A DNA stretch of 64,000 nt from positions 62,001 through 126,000 of the forward strand of contig CDMY01001057.1 of NCBI GenBank assembly GCA_001179505.1. The letters are read 5' to 3'. This DNA is from Vitrella brassicaformis CCMP3155. Taxonomy: Eukaryota > Protista > Chromerida. Below, one piece after another: positions 13,318-24,800 of this stretch; the stretch's first letter is position 1; each line of letters begins with the position of its first letter. The notes below the pieces were generated by a model. That model was given only the letters and a program-made list of their open reading frames with translations. It did not search any database and was not told the origin of the DNA. A program made the position numbers and the translations under genes.

Positions 13318-14220
13318 ATGGCGGCTCCGCTATTTGGCCTCTTTTTCATCTGTAGTGGCGCTGCATTCCACCTGCGACAGCCCAGCCGGGTATTATTCCC
13401 TTCGGCAGATCAGACGGTTCGGCAGCAGCGCCAGCTGCGGCTGACAAGAGGAGTGGCGTTGCAGGTGTCAGCAAGGGGCGACCAAGACGTTGAGGAGAGT
13501 TTCAAGGCGGGAATGACAGAACCCGACAATGTGAGTGCAAGGAAGAAGCGGAGAATGGAATCCATCTGTGTGTGTGTGTGTGTGTTGGTGCGCAGCGGTC
13601 TCCTGCCGGGGACTCACTCTATGTGCGGATAGGTGGTGCCGCAGCAGTCGAGGCCGCGGTCGACAGATTCTACACCAAGATCCTTGCCGTGAGCAGCCAA
13701 GCAATGCAGCCGCCTGTTGATGGCGGAGGCTCTGACGTGCGTGTGCTGCTGGCTGGTCTCAGGACGACCGTGTCAAACGATTCTTCTCCGAAACTGACAT
13801 GAAGAAACAGCGCTCTCACATGGGCAAGTTCTTGACGTTTGCATTCGGGGGATCGAGCAGCTACTCGGGTACGCACCTACCGAACTGTGGCCAAATGGCG
13901 GGTGACTGCACTGCTGGACTGCTGCTGTGTTTTGTATTGTCCTGTGCCGCATTTCAGAGAGAGGCATGCGAGAGGCGCACAAGAAGCCAGTCTCTCAAGG
14001 CATGGATGAAACGCATTTTGACGCGGGTAGGTAGATGGAAGCCATCTGGCTGTCCAGGCACCCATCCATCCGTGTGTCAGTGGCTGCATGCGCGGTGCGT
14101 GTGTTTGCAGTGATGGAGAATCTGGCTGCCACGCTCAAGGACCTCGGTGTGCCCGACGACCTCATCGGCGAGGCGGCTGCCATCGCCCTGTCAACCAAGA
14201 AGGACGTCCTCAACCAATAG
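13318..14220 (+). CDS. glbN: Group I truncated haemoglobin (GlbN/cyanoglobin-like) with a signal plus transit-type leader; 5 exons
   Basis: Spliced core SLYVRIGGAAAVEAAVDRFYTKILADDRVKRFFSETDMKKQRSHMGKFLTFAFGGSSSYSERGMREAHKKPVSQGMDETHFDAVMENLAATLKDLGVPDDLIGEAAAIALSTKKDVLNQ*. It shows TyrB10, PheCD1, the GG hinges and proximal HisF8 (REAH). The leader is MAAPLFGLFFICSGAAF followed by an Arg/Gln-rich stretch. Confidence 0.92.
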
Positions 14221-14407
14221 GTCCGATCCGCGTGTGAGGGTACCACTAGGGCGGTCTCCGGTTTTGTGCCCTTGCTTCTTTTTATCTCCATGTGTGTACT
14301 TCACCGCTTGCCTATTGGCATGCCCCCTAGGCGGTGTTCTGAATGGTCGTGTTGGATGTGTGCATGGGTTGTGTTGTCTCTTTATACCTACACGAATGCA
14401 AGGATGC

Positions 14408-14726
14408 GTGGATGTCTGATCTATACTACAGACAGTCAGTCAGTCAGACTGAGTCGGTCGCGTGCTGTTGTGTGCATGTTGCGGCTTGTGTGTGTGGTGA
14501 GTGGCGAAGCCAGTCGTGCCGCTGAGTCGCTCCTGGTACGCTCATACACACATACGTACACACGTACACAACATGCAACATGATTAGTTGCTCCGTTTCT
14601 CTCGCTGTGTGACGCAGTAGCTGCCCCAGTGCTTACATGCATCAGCAGGGAGAGAACCACGGGGCAGGCAGTCGTGTGTGAGTCTAAGGAGCTAGAGTGA
14701 GGCCGGCCGCTTGCACACAGAAGGCC
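14408..14726 (+). repeat. Direct repeat, copy 1 of 2 (~310-320 bp, non-coding)
   Basis: Runs from GTGGATGTCTGATCTATACTACAG to GCTTGCACACAGAAGGCC; near-identical by eye to 16262-16568. Confidence 0.95.
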
Positions 14727-15033
14727 GAATGAGCTGTGGACCACCTGTCGCATCAAACTCTCTGCGCAACCCCAAAACTCTCTGCGATTGCGCAGAGAGT
14801 TTTTCGTGGCCGTGTAGGGATGGGGATCCCTCAGCTTGCGTCTCTCCGCGTGGCAAGTGCATCTTCCGGCCTCCAGTGGATGAATGAAATCCATGAGAGG
14901 CGTGAGCGCGGATACCCGCGGAAAAAGAAGTTTCGAGACGGAGATGGCGAGAAACCTTTCCATATGTTCTTGAGATCTGTCCAGTCCCCTCATTCATCAC
15001 CATGTCGTTCATCCTTCCGTCCATCCAGCTGTG

Positions 15034-15853
15034 ATGCGTTTGCTGTCGGCCATTCTCCCCGCCCTCGTGCTGGTGTCGCTGCTGGGCGCCATGTGCGGTC
15101 CGACGGACAATCAGGCCACAGGTACATTATTGAGGGCACACCTAAAGAGGGCGCTTCTCGAACGCCGAGTGAAGGAAGGCCAGTGAGAGTAACTGTTGTT
15201 TCGTGTGCATTTGGCAGGCGATGCGGTGCGCCGTCTCCAGCACTGGGGGGGGGACGTACGCGTCGTGGCCGGGGGGGACCCCCTACGGGAAGGGGGGGAA
15301 GGGCTATGAGAGGCCCGGAAAGGGCTACGGAAAGGGCTACGGAGGGAAAGGGAACCGCCGTCGTATGTCTGCAGCTGCTGCCAACACCATCGGCATCACT
15401 GGTCAGTCCGCATATACGCACACACACACACGCCGTCGTGGCCTGAGTGCATCACATCTGCCTGCTGACTGCTGTTTGTGCGCAGCAGATGTTTCTGCCA
15501 TAGACAAAGCCTTTGGCGACAACGCAGGTACCTGCATGACATGTGCAGGCCTCGGACACCGATGTACACACTGACTCACTGGCTGTCCTAGTGTCTGTAT
15601 CTGTCAGGCGGTGACGCGCACGTGCGTCATCTGCAGCTGGCAATGGACGCTGGCGGTAAGTACGCACAGACACACACGCACACGCACGCGGCGTCGTGGC
15701 TCGAGTGCGAGTGCATGACATCTGCCTGCTGATTGTTGTGTGTGTGTGTCGTGTTTCGTGCACACGTGCGCAGAAGTGTCAGCCCCCATAGCCGAAGCCA
15801 TCGGCGATGGCGACGCGTTTGCTGGCGAGGGCACAGATTTTCGTGCTGCATGA
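15034..15853 (+). CDS. Small secreted Gly/Lys/Tyr-repeat precursor-like protein (5 exons, all phase-1 introns); apparent 1-nt frameshift in a G9 run, so pseudogene or sequence error
   Basis: Exon 1 (15034-15121) is MRLLSAILPALVLVSLLGAMCGPTDNQAT, a signal peptide. Exon 2 reads GDAVRRLQHW, then G9 at 15245-15253, then in the next frame GTYASWPGGTPYGKGGKGYERPGKGYGKGYGGKGNRRRMSAAAANTIGIT. Short exons follow: ADVSAIDKAFGDNA, GGDAHVRHLQLAMDAG, EVSAPIAEAIGDGDAFAGEGTDFRAA*. Confidence 0.7.
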
Positions 15854-16261
15854 GTGTCAATTGGGCTTGTGTACCCACCACATACCTACATACCTGTGTC
15901 TGTGTTTAGTTCAAGGCAGTTCATCCAATTGAGCACGTGTTCTCACTCACGTACGTACGTTCGTAATGTGCACCTCCACGTGTGGATGATGTGTGCTGTG
16001 GATGCATCCCTATGCCTGGTTGACATTCTCCGCCCTTGTCTGCGTGTGTGTCTGTGTGTGTGTTTCTTCTTTTTTTCCAGTCAGCCATGCATTCGGTCGA
16101 GCTGCCCCCTTGTCCCACATGCTACGTGCCTAAGCTATCTTTCACCTATTTCTCACCAGCCCACTCATCGTATGTGTGTTCACCGGGTGGGTGTGCGGAT
16201 GCCGGATGCCCGGATGCCTGTGAGGTGTATGTAAGTCGTAATCAATACAGTACATGCGTGT

Positions 16262-16568
16262 GTGGATGTCTGATCTATACTACAGTCAGTCAGTCAGTCA
16301 GACTGAGTCGGTCGCGTGCTGTTGTGTGCATGTTGCGGCTTGTGTGTGTGGTGAGTGGCGAGGCCAGTCGTGCCGCTGAGTCGCTCCTGGTACGCTCATG
16401 CACGTGCACACAACATGCATACATGATTAGTTGCTCCGTTCCCCTCGCTGTGTGACGCAGTAGCGCCTCAGTGCATACATGCATCAGCAGGGAGAGAACC
16501 ACGGGGCAGGCAGTCGTGTGTGAGTCTAAGGAGCTAGAGTGAGGCCGGCCGCTTGCACACAGAAGGCC
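16262..16568 (+). repeat. Direct repeat, copy 2 of 2
   Basis: Same start and end words as 14408-14726, with a few substitutions and short indels. Confidence 0.95.
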
Positions 16569-16892
16569 AGCATGGGGCGTGCGCTGGGCAATGGTGTGCC
16601 TGCGTGCGCTGGGCAATGGTGTGCCTGGCCGAGCTGTCTTGTTTGAACTTTTGTCGGGTGGACCATCGTGGATCCATGTGTGTGCGTGGCTTCTGCCTGT
16701 CTGCTTGCGTAGCCTTGACTCCTCGGAAGCAGAAAGAGGACTAAATAGGCCAAGTTCGTTCAGGCCTCCCGAATGTGTTTTACTCGGCTCACCCTAAGCC
16801 GATGAGGACTTGAGCAACACCACAGATCTCGTCCACACATGTACGGCTGACTGCAGATGAAGCTGAGCTGTGGCCATCCTGAACACCGGGAG

Positions 16893-18928
16893 ATGCGACG
16901 GCCACACATCTCCCTCTCCTCTTTGGTATGGAGCATCCTGCATCTCATCATCTGGCTATTGGCGCGTCCAGCGGCCTCGGTGAAGCATCGGACTCTGCTG
17001 AAGGCGGCGATGCCAGCAGCTTCTCGCAAGGGCTTTGGTGCGACGAGGCAAGATGCTCTGTTCGAGAGGTTTCTCAGAAGCAGGAGGAAGGGCGATGAGT
17101 TGCCGCAAGGGACGGCTGGCATCAGAAGAAGTCGGCAATCCCGCCTCGACGAGAGAGTGTTCCCGTGCAAGCCATCAAGACGGATCTCTGCGTGGCGGCG
17201 CCGACGACCACTCGCGACGGTTCCCACTCCCGCAAGCAACCCTGCGGAGGTCGCTGCAATTCGGTCAGCCAAGAGCGGCAAGAGCCTGCGTCGGCGAGCC
17301 CAGTTCCTGTGGCTCAAGTCCATCATCGCAGGGGGGCTCAGCTCGGGCATCGTGACGATCTGCCTGCACCCCCTGGAGACGGTGAAGGTGCTGCTTCAGA
17401 AGGAGGCCAAGGGGCAGAGCATGCGGGAGGTCTTCTACTTTCTCGCCACACATGGAGGCGAGAAGACGGAGCCCCGGACGAGGGATGTCCTGCAGGGGCT
17501 CTACAGCGGCAGCGTCACTTCGGCACTCAGCGCCATGCCCAGCGCGGCCATCAAGATGGGGTCTTACGAGCTCTGCAGGCTGGCTGGCGCGCCTGCATGG
17601 TTCGCCGCCAGCTTTGGCATGGTGGTCTCGGCCAGTGCAAGAGCGCCCTTCGAGCTCGCAAAGACCCGACTGCAGGTGAATGGATGAGTAAGAGACCACA
17701 CTCATAGCCTCAACACCACCCCTCTCTGTCTGAGTGTATCTATCTATCAGGCTGGCCTCAACACCAACACGTGGTCAGCGTGCCGCGACCTCCTCCGCAG
17801 CCAGGGCATCGGGGGCCTCTATCGCGGCAACCTCGCCACAATCATCCGCGACCTGCCCTACTTCGCCATCTCGGTGTCGGTGTACGAGTACCTGAAAAGG
17901 CAGATCGCCGAGAGGCGGGCCCGCTCCAAGGGGAGGCAGCTGGGCGGGAGCCTCAAGGTGCGGCTGCGGATCCCCGACCCAGCCAGCCCCCCAGACGGCA
18001 GTGACGACGAGATTTTTGAGTACCCCATCAAGGTCTCCTACTCGGCAAACTCGCTGATAGGGAGGCCGCCAGTGGAGCCGGAAAGGGTGAGGGCGAGAAA
18101 TGACACCAAGCGGCCGACAGAAGACGAAAAAGCGTCTTCGAAGGCTGCTGCGGGTGATGACGAGAACCACGGTGTGTTTGGGTGGTGGCGGTGGGGTCAC
18201 AAGGAGGTGACTTACGAGTACCAGGTGCCGCCACCTCAGAACCTACTCGAGGGCCTGCTCGTCATTGCAGCGGGGGCCGCATCATCAGCCTTCGCTGGTG
18301 AGAATGACACGGCACACACAGACCACACAGGACAGCGGCAGAGAGCGTGGTGTGCTGTTGTGCTGCGCTGTGTGTGTGTGTGCAGGCGCGTTGTCGACCC
18401 CTGCAGACGTGGTCAAGACGCGTGTACAGACGAGCTTCAGGGGCACGCCGGGTTCCAGCGTCGGTGTGGGGACGGCCTTTAGGCTGATCCTGAGGAAGGA
18501 GGGGCTGGCGGCCATGTACAGAGGGGCCGCACAGGTGCTTGCCTACACACACACATTCATGACATCATGACATCAATCCTCTCTGCTGCTGTGCCTGTAT
18601 GTGTATGTGTGTCATGCAGCGAGCTATGTATTTGGGCATATTGGGTGCCCTCTACTACCCCCTGTATGACCTACTGATGAGTTATATGAGTTGGGAGCGC
18701 ATGACGCGGTCGATGGCCGCCATGCGGGAGATCTCACGATGGGTCACTTTGAGGCCGCCCCTGAGAAGAACCACAGCCGACGCGGTCCCGCCGGCCGCCT
18801 TCTGCTGTCCTCCCCCCTTGCTGCCAAGACGGATAGGAGACTTAGAGCAGCAGTCTGGTGCATCAGTCAGATCTTTATTGAGGACGCGTGATGGCTTCAT
18901 GAGGAGGGATACGGATGCGTTGTGGTGA
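16893..18928 (+). CDS. Mitochondrial carrier family (SLC25) protein, S-adenosylmethionine-carrier-like, with long N-terminal leader and a ~100-aa loop insertion
   Basis: Three PxE/DxxK signatures (PLETVK, PFELAK, PADVVK); GLYRGNLATIIRDLPYFAI; GLAAMYRG; TGA at 18926-18928. The subfamily call rests on motif resemblance only. Confidence 0.85.
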
Positions 18929-19289
18929 TGATCTTGATGTCCGATTGACGCATGCAGCATTGGCAAGTCAAGCATGGCATGGATCGAAGCGCTAGCCTGA
19001 AAGTCAGTCCTACGTGTAATTAATGTACACCGAGAGCGAGCACACCAGCAGCGAGTATGAGCAATAATCGGTCGGTCAATCGTCACACACGGTGACCCCA
19101 CCAAATCACACATCCATTCAGACAGAGGGCCGACAAAACAATGGGGACATGCACAAGCGCCACACCCAACCGCACACGCGATCACAGCCGAGGATTCACG
19201 TCAACACTCACTATCTCACGCACAGACACACATGCACACGACACGACGCAACGCGACATTCATGGACGTTTGGATGATTCAAGTTGTGC

Positions 19290-19548
19290 CGGCTTATCTG
19301 ACCGATGACGTATCAAGGGCGACAGTGAGGTGTTCGAGGTGTGTCGTCGCATGCAGCAGCTCGGCCAAGCGCCGCCTGATGTGCTGACGACCGTGAGCTG
19401 TGCGGTGTTTGGCAGCCATGATGAGGGACATGGGGGGCGGGCGGGTGATAATGATGAGGGGGAAAATGGGATGGATGTGGATGATTCTCGACTCATGCAT
19501 GCCTTGTGTGTGGATGACTTGGATGGCTTCATTGATCGCATGAAATGA
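19290..19548 (+). pseudogene. Orphan 3' fragment of the HEAT-repeat gene relic seen at 30.0-31.0 kb
   Basis: EVCRRMQQLGQAPPDVL...DDLDGFIDRMK* matches 30790-30995 at DNA level; no upstream exons are present here. Confidence 0.5.
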
Positions 19549-19670
19549 CTTCAACACGCAATATGTCACAAGTGTGTCTCACATCTCACAGCATACACAG
19601 ACCTGTGTCTCCAATTTCAGAGATCACGAAATTACACACACACAAACCGACACCGACATGCACTACAAAG

Positions 19671-21852
19671 TCAGTCCGTCTGGTCGTCGAACAGGTACTC
19701 AAACTCTCCGAAATCGAACTCGTAATCCGCACTTCGCAAGGGAATGCCCGTGGAGGGCTCGCCGGAGCCCGGCGGTGGTAGTCTTCTTTGCGCGAAAGGA
19801 TTGCCTGCAGAAGAGAAAGTGCGTATCGACACATGAGGGGAGCAACTGATTGCGATGGTGCGTACGTGGCTCGACTCCTGGTGTGGGAGTGATGTTGAAT
19901 GGCAGGTGGCACCCAAAGTCGTAAAAGATGATCAAGACACGCTGCACGACAGCAATCGTTAATCAATGTGCAGACAATGAGAATAAAGTCTGTGCTTCTC
20001 CTACCATGTTTGCAGTGGATGGCCTCAGGTTGTAAAATGCTGCGTCTCGGAAAGCCTCGAAGCACACCTCGATAGTCAACGGGCTCAAGAGAACCGCATC
20101 TTCGTAGAAGTCGTCGTCTGGCGGATCCTCTGTATATGCCTTCGAGGCAGCACGATTGGCAACAATATCAGCATCGCCAGAACGAGAGCTGGTTGCAATA
20201 ATGATTGCAGGGTAACCAAGCTCATCAGGCAAAGACTGCATTCACATGAGAATAAAGCAAAACACACACACAGCAGGCGATTCTTATACTTTAATGTGCA
20301 CGTCCAGACGTACCTTTCCATTACGAGGACTTATGCAGTTTCTTGCGCCAATCTGTGTGATGAATTCCGTATTGTTTGTTGGATCGAAGGGGTTGATTTG
20401 GGTGACGGGACAGCCATAGACGCCGCGAGGACGACCTGCAACCGACGAAAACAGATGAAGGGCTTGCATGGGCATGCAGGACGTCAGCTGTGGCCTGCCT
20501 GTCTACTCAGTTAGCCTCCTCACCTTCCAGCTGCTCTCTCGCGGCCAATGCATTGGCAGACGGAGCGGCCTGGACCACATAGACATGCGAGACACGACAA
20601 GAGACATGACATTTGTCAATCTACGCGTCCATGTGTGAGTTGCCCCTTTGTTGCTGCTCGCTGCTCCCTCTGATTTGCTCGCTGTATGTTTCAGTCACCT
20701 GTCCATTCTCGATGTTCTGTTTGGCAGCGTCTGTCTCTTGCAGCTTGAGTGCGTCCAGCCCATCGTCAGCCGACGCCTCGTCATCCTTCTTGCCCTCGCG
20801 AGACCAATCGAGCAGCCCATCGACGAGCAGAGAGGCGTCAACGTCATCGTCCTGTGAGGCACTGGAAATGAATTGCTCTCGCTGATTGTCCTCAACAATA
20901 GCATTGGCTGCCGGTGTTTGCTGGAAAAGACCCGGGATGTCGTAATCGGGAAAGCAGAGACCAGTGAGCAGGATGATGACGACTTGCTGCACACACGAGG
21001 AGGCGGGAGCAATACCGTATGTTTCATATGTGCTTTTCGCTCACCACATTGCTGCTATCCGCTCGGTCTCCACCGGACACAACGAAGACGTCCATGAAGG
21101 TGCCTTCGGCGGTCGGCAGTCGGACAAAGTTCTCAAAGGCTTCATCATCACCATCCAGAGGCTCAGTGCTATTGCCTGCCAGCTGCCTGTCGACATAAAC
21201 AACAGCCACGAATCCATTTGTGATATCGAGCTCATTGATCAAACGCACCCATCGACTGTGACGAGAATCCATGCTGAAGGGCCTTCAATGCTATTCGTCG
21301 CGATAAGGACTTCAGGGAAGCCGCTGTTTCTCGCAAAGACCTGTGCGAAAAGAAAAGGACACAAATTGACGAAACGCTGAACAAAATCAGTATCCCTACA
21401 ATTCAGCGCACGCTACCAAATCGACTGCGACAAATTGGCTTTTGCCGCTTCTGACAATGTTGTTTTTCTCGGTGAAGAGAAGGATGGGGCATGTAAAAAT
21501 ACTGGTACAAATGTTGTTGGACCTGCTTGTAATGGACCTGCATGTAAAACGAAGCACAAGAGCTTGAAACAATTTACTTACCTTCCTGCTCTCCCTTTGT
21601 GTGAACGTGAGTTCCGGCCGATGGACTCTACACATCGACACGGAAGAAAATGCGTGCATGTCGGCAGCGCTTTCTCTCCCTGCTTGCAGGTCTGGCTACT
21701 CATTGCCTTCTCTCTCAAGCTTCTGCTCATTGCTCACTTCTCTTTGTCGCGCCTGTTCCCGCACCGGGCTTGTTCCTGAGGCCTCTCGACTCTTCGCTTC
21801 ATATCCATGGCTTGTCTCTTTTTTCGCTTCAAACTCATCGCCCTCCCCAATA

Positions 21853-21888
<36 letters not shown>

Positions 21889-24800
21889 TCTGCATCTCCC
21901 GTAATCATCCACCAAAAGCTCCGTGAGGTTCCCGAACTCATACTCATATTCACTTCGCGGCTCTTCATAGTCATCATCATTCCGATCGTCAGTGCCTCCA
22001 AGCAGTGTGATATCGATGCCCGTAGCATTGGGATCTGCACACATCAGAGACATGGATAGAAAGCACAATCCACATAAGACAGAGCATGCTAACTTGTAAC
22101 AGCGATGTTGAACGGAATGTGACACTCGAAGTCGTACCAAATGATGAGCACACGCTAGACAAGACACAGCAAAGGGCAGACAGACAGTTAGGCGAATTAA
22201 TATGTTGCCAGTGCTACTGACCACGTCATTCTCCACAAAGGCCAAACGCTCTCCGCCGAATGGATAGAGAATGACGTCCAGGACATCTGCTCGTCCGCCA
22301 CTGATTCTAATATCCGTTGAAATAAAAGCTGCATCTTCGAAAACGGTATCGGACGGTCGGTCTTGTGTATAGGCCTTTGAGCCACCAATGTACTCCCTAA
22401 GAATGCAATGCATATACGATCGCCCAGCAATGCAATGCAATGCAATGCAATGCAAGTGCATGTACCTGGGAGAAATGAAATTCCCGAATAAATCTCTCGT
22501 CTCCTCGCCCTCAGCGAAAATGGACATATCCGCATCGCCAGAGACGGAACTGGCTGCAATGACAACGTATGAATAGTTGAAGCTCCTAGGACTCACCTGA
22601 ATGAATAGAAAGCCAAAATGTGTTGAGCCGGGATTGTCTGAGCCTCACCATACCATATCAACTGCTAAGCGCTTGAAGCGCTGGGGCGTACCAGGAAACT
22701 CCGCGAAATCGCCAACGAGAAACTCAGTGTTGTTTGTTGGATCGAAGGGGTTGATTTGGGTGACGGGACAGCCATAGACGCCGCGAGGACGACCTGCAAG
22801 CGACGAAAACAGAGGAAGGGTTTGCATGGGCATGCAGGACGTCAGCTGTGGCCTGCCTGTCTACTCAGTTAGTCTCCTCACCTTCCAGCTGCTCTCTCGC
22901 GGCCAATGCATTGGCAGACGGAGCGGCCTGGACGCACATAGACATGCGAGACACGACAAGAGACATGACATTTGTCAATCTACGCGTCCATGTGTGAGTT
23001 GCCCCTTTGTTGCTGCTCGCTGCTCCCACTGATTTGCTCGCTGTATGTTTCAGTCACCTGTCCATTCTCGATGTTCTGTTTGGCAGCGTCTGTCTCTTGC
23101 AGCTTGAGTGCGTCCAGCCCATCGTCAGCCGACGCCTCGTCATCCTTCTTGCCCTCGCGAGACCAATCGAGCAGCCCGTTGCTAAGTGTGTCACGTCTTG
23201 TAGAGTTCGAGACTGTATACAGCTCGTCGCACAATCTCCTCCAGCTTCTTTCATAATACATTTGCACTTGCTGAGAGGATCCAGTGATATTTTGTGGAAG
23301 ATTCCTTGTCCCTTCGTCTTATACCAACCACATTCGCATAAGGTGGGTCACGAGGTCCTGAATCCTCGCTGAATGGCACGACTATGAAAACATCCAGAAA
23401 GTCGCCTTCAGCGACTGAAAGACAGCCCTCAAACCGCCTTGGCTGAGGCAGCACTTCAATTGTAGCCACAACTTCACTGAACACACAAATGGACCTGGGT
23501 TGGCTTCCCTTCCCTTCTCTTTCATTCACCTCACCCATCAATAGTGGCAATGATGTGTGCTGAAGTGCCTTCGATGGTGCTTGCAACGATACGGATAGCC
23601 TCAAATTCAGCGTTCCTTGCAAAGACCTGAAAGCAAGCCATTCACACACAGGCAGACATGCAGATCAATCGCAGGAGGTCTCGTGTTATCACCAAGTCGA
23701 CAGCGACAAAGTGATTCTTCCCGCATCTAATCCACTTGGACGCAGGCGAAAACGGGAGAATCTCCAGAATCAGTCCCTCGAAAGTACTGTAGAAAAAGGG
23801 GGCCCTGTAGCGGATAGTATCGAAGTCATACGCTACAAATCGATAAACACACACACACAAGGAAAGAGCGGGAGACATCGTTGTTGCACGACAGCTGCTA
23901 AGTATCATACGCACTCCCGACCTTCCTGCTCTCCATCCGCATAGACGTAGGGCTTGCCCTGTGCACAGAGACAGAAAGACACGTCTGAATGTCTGCTGCC
24001 TGTCTGCAATTGCTCACTCATCTCCCTCTGCCGCACCTGGTCGACCTCTGCGATGCTCCTTATCGTCTCCTGGCTTCTCTCACTGCGCGTCTCAAAGCGG
24101 TCATCATCATCATCATCATCATCCCCTGCTCGTCGCCTATCGGGTTCCTCATAGTCGTCATCGTCATCGTCACCATCATTGGGCAACGTCACATCAAGAC
24201 CAGACGGCCCTGAAAAACAAGAAAGACTATACTCATTCATGCGGTAGCTTCCTATAGGTGTCACATTCACCCGTGACATTAAAGTAATTGTCACAGTCAT
24301 AGTCGTAGAAGACAAGCAAGACACGCTGCACACAAAAAATGAGTGCATGTGCGACAGATGAAGCTGTGGAAGCTGTTGTACCACATTGGTGGGCTCATTC
24401 ACTTCCTCCTTGGTGAACAGCAAAATCTGGATTACATCGCCTTCGTCTGTTGGGAAGAAGATGCTATCCTCATATTCATCAGCGGAAGGGTCTTCGTAAT
24501 TGTCAGCCGGACGGTTCTCAGAAAGAGCGTAATAAAGGCTGGAAGACGCAGACATCTTCACTTCATGTCCAATGACACGTGCACTCCATATCTAATCAAT
24601 TGTACCCGTCAACAAGGCCATCCCTGTAGTCCTGACTGAATGCCTCCCCGCGCATATCAGCGTCGCCAGAGACGGAGCTAATCGCAACAACAACGAATGG
24701 ATATCCCGCCGCTCTCGGCAGATCCTGCATACACGGACACACCAACAAAAGAAGGAGTGTCATTGGCTAAGGCACAATCTAATCTTGTCTCTTCGAACCA

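Noticed and set aside
14408-16568. LTR retroelement or TRIM interpretation of the direct repeats
   Set aside because: No clear TG...CA termini, primer-binding site, polypurine tract or target-site duplication; the interior is a spliced host-type gene.
16575-16630. Tandem ~24-bp repeat (GCGTGCGCTGGGCAATGGTGTGCCT) x2
   Set aside because: Short intergenic slippage duplication with no further structure.
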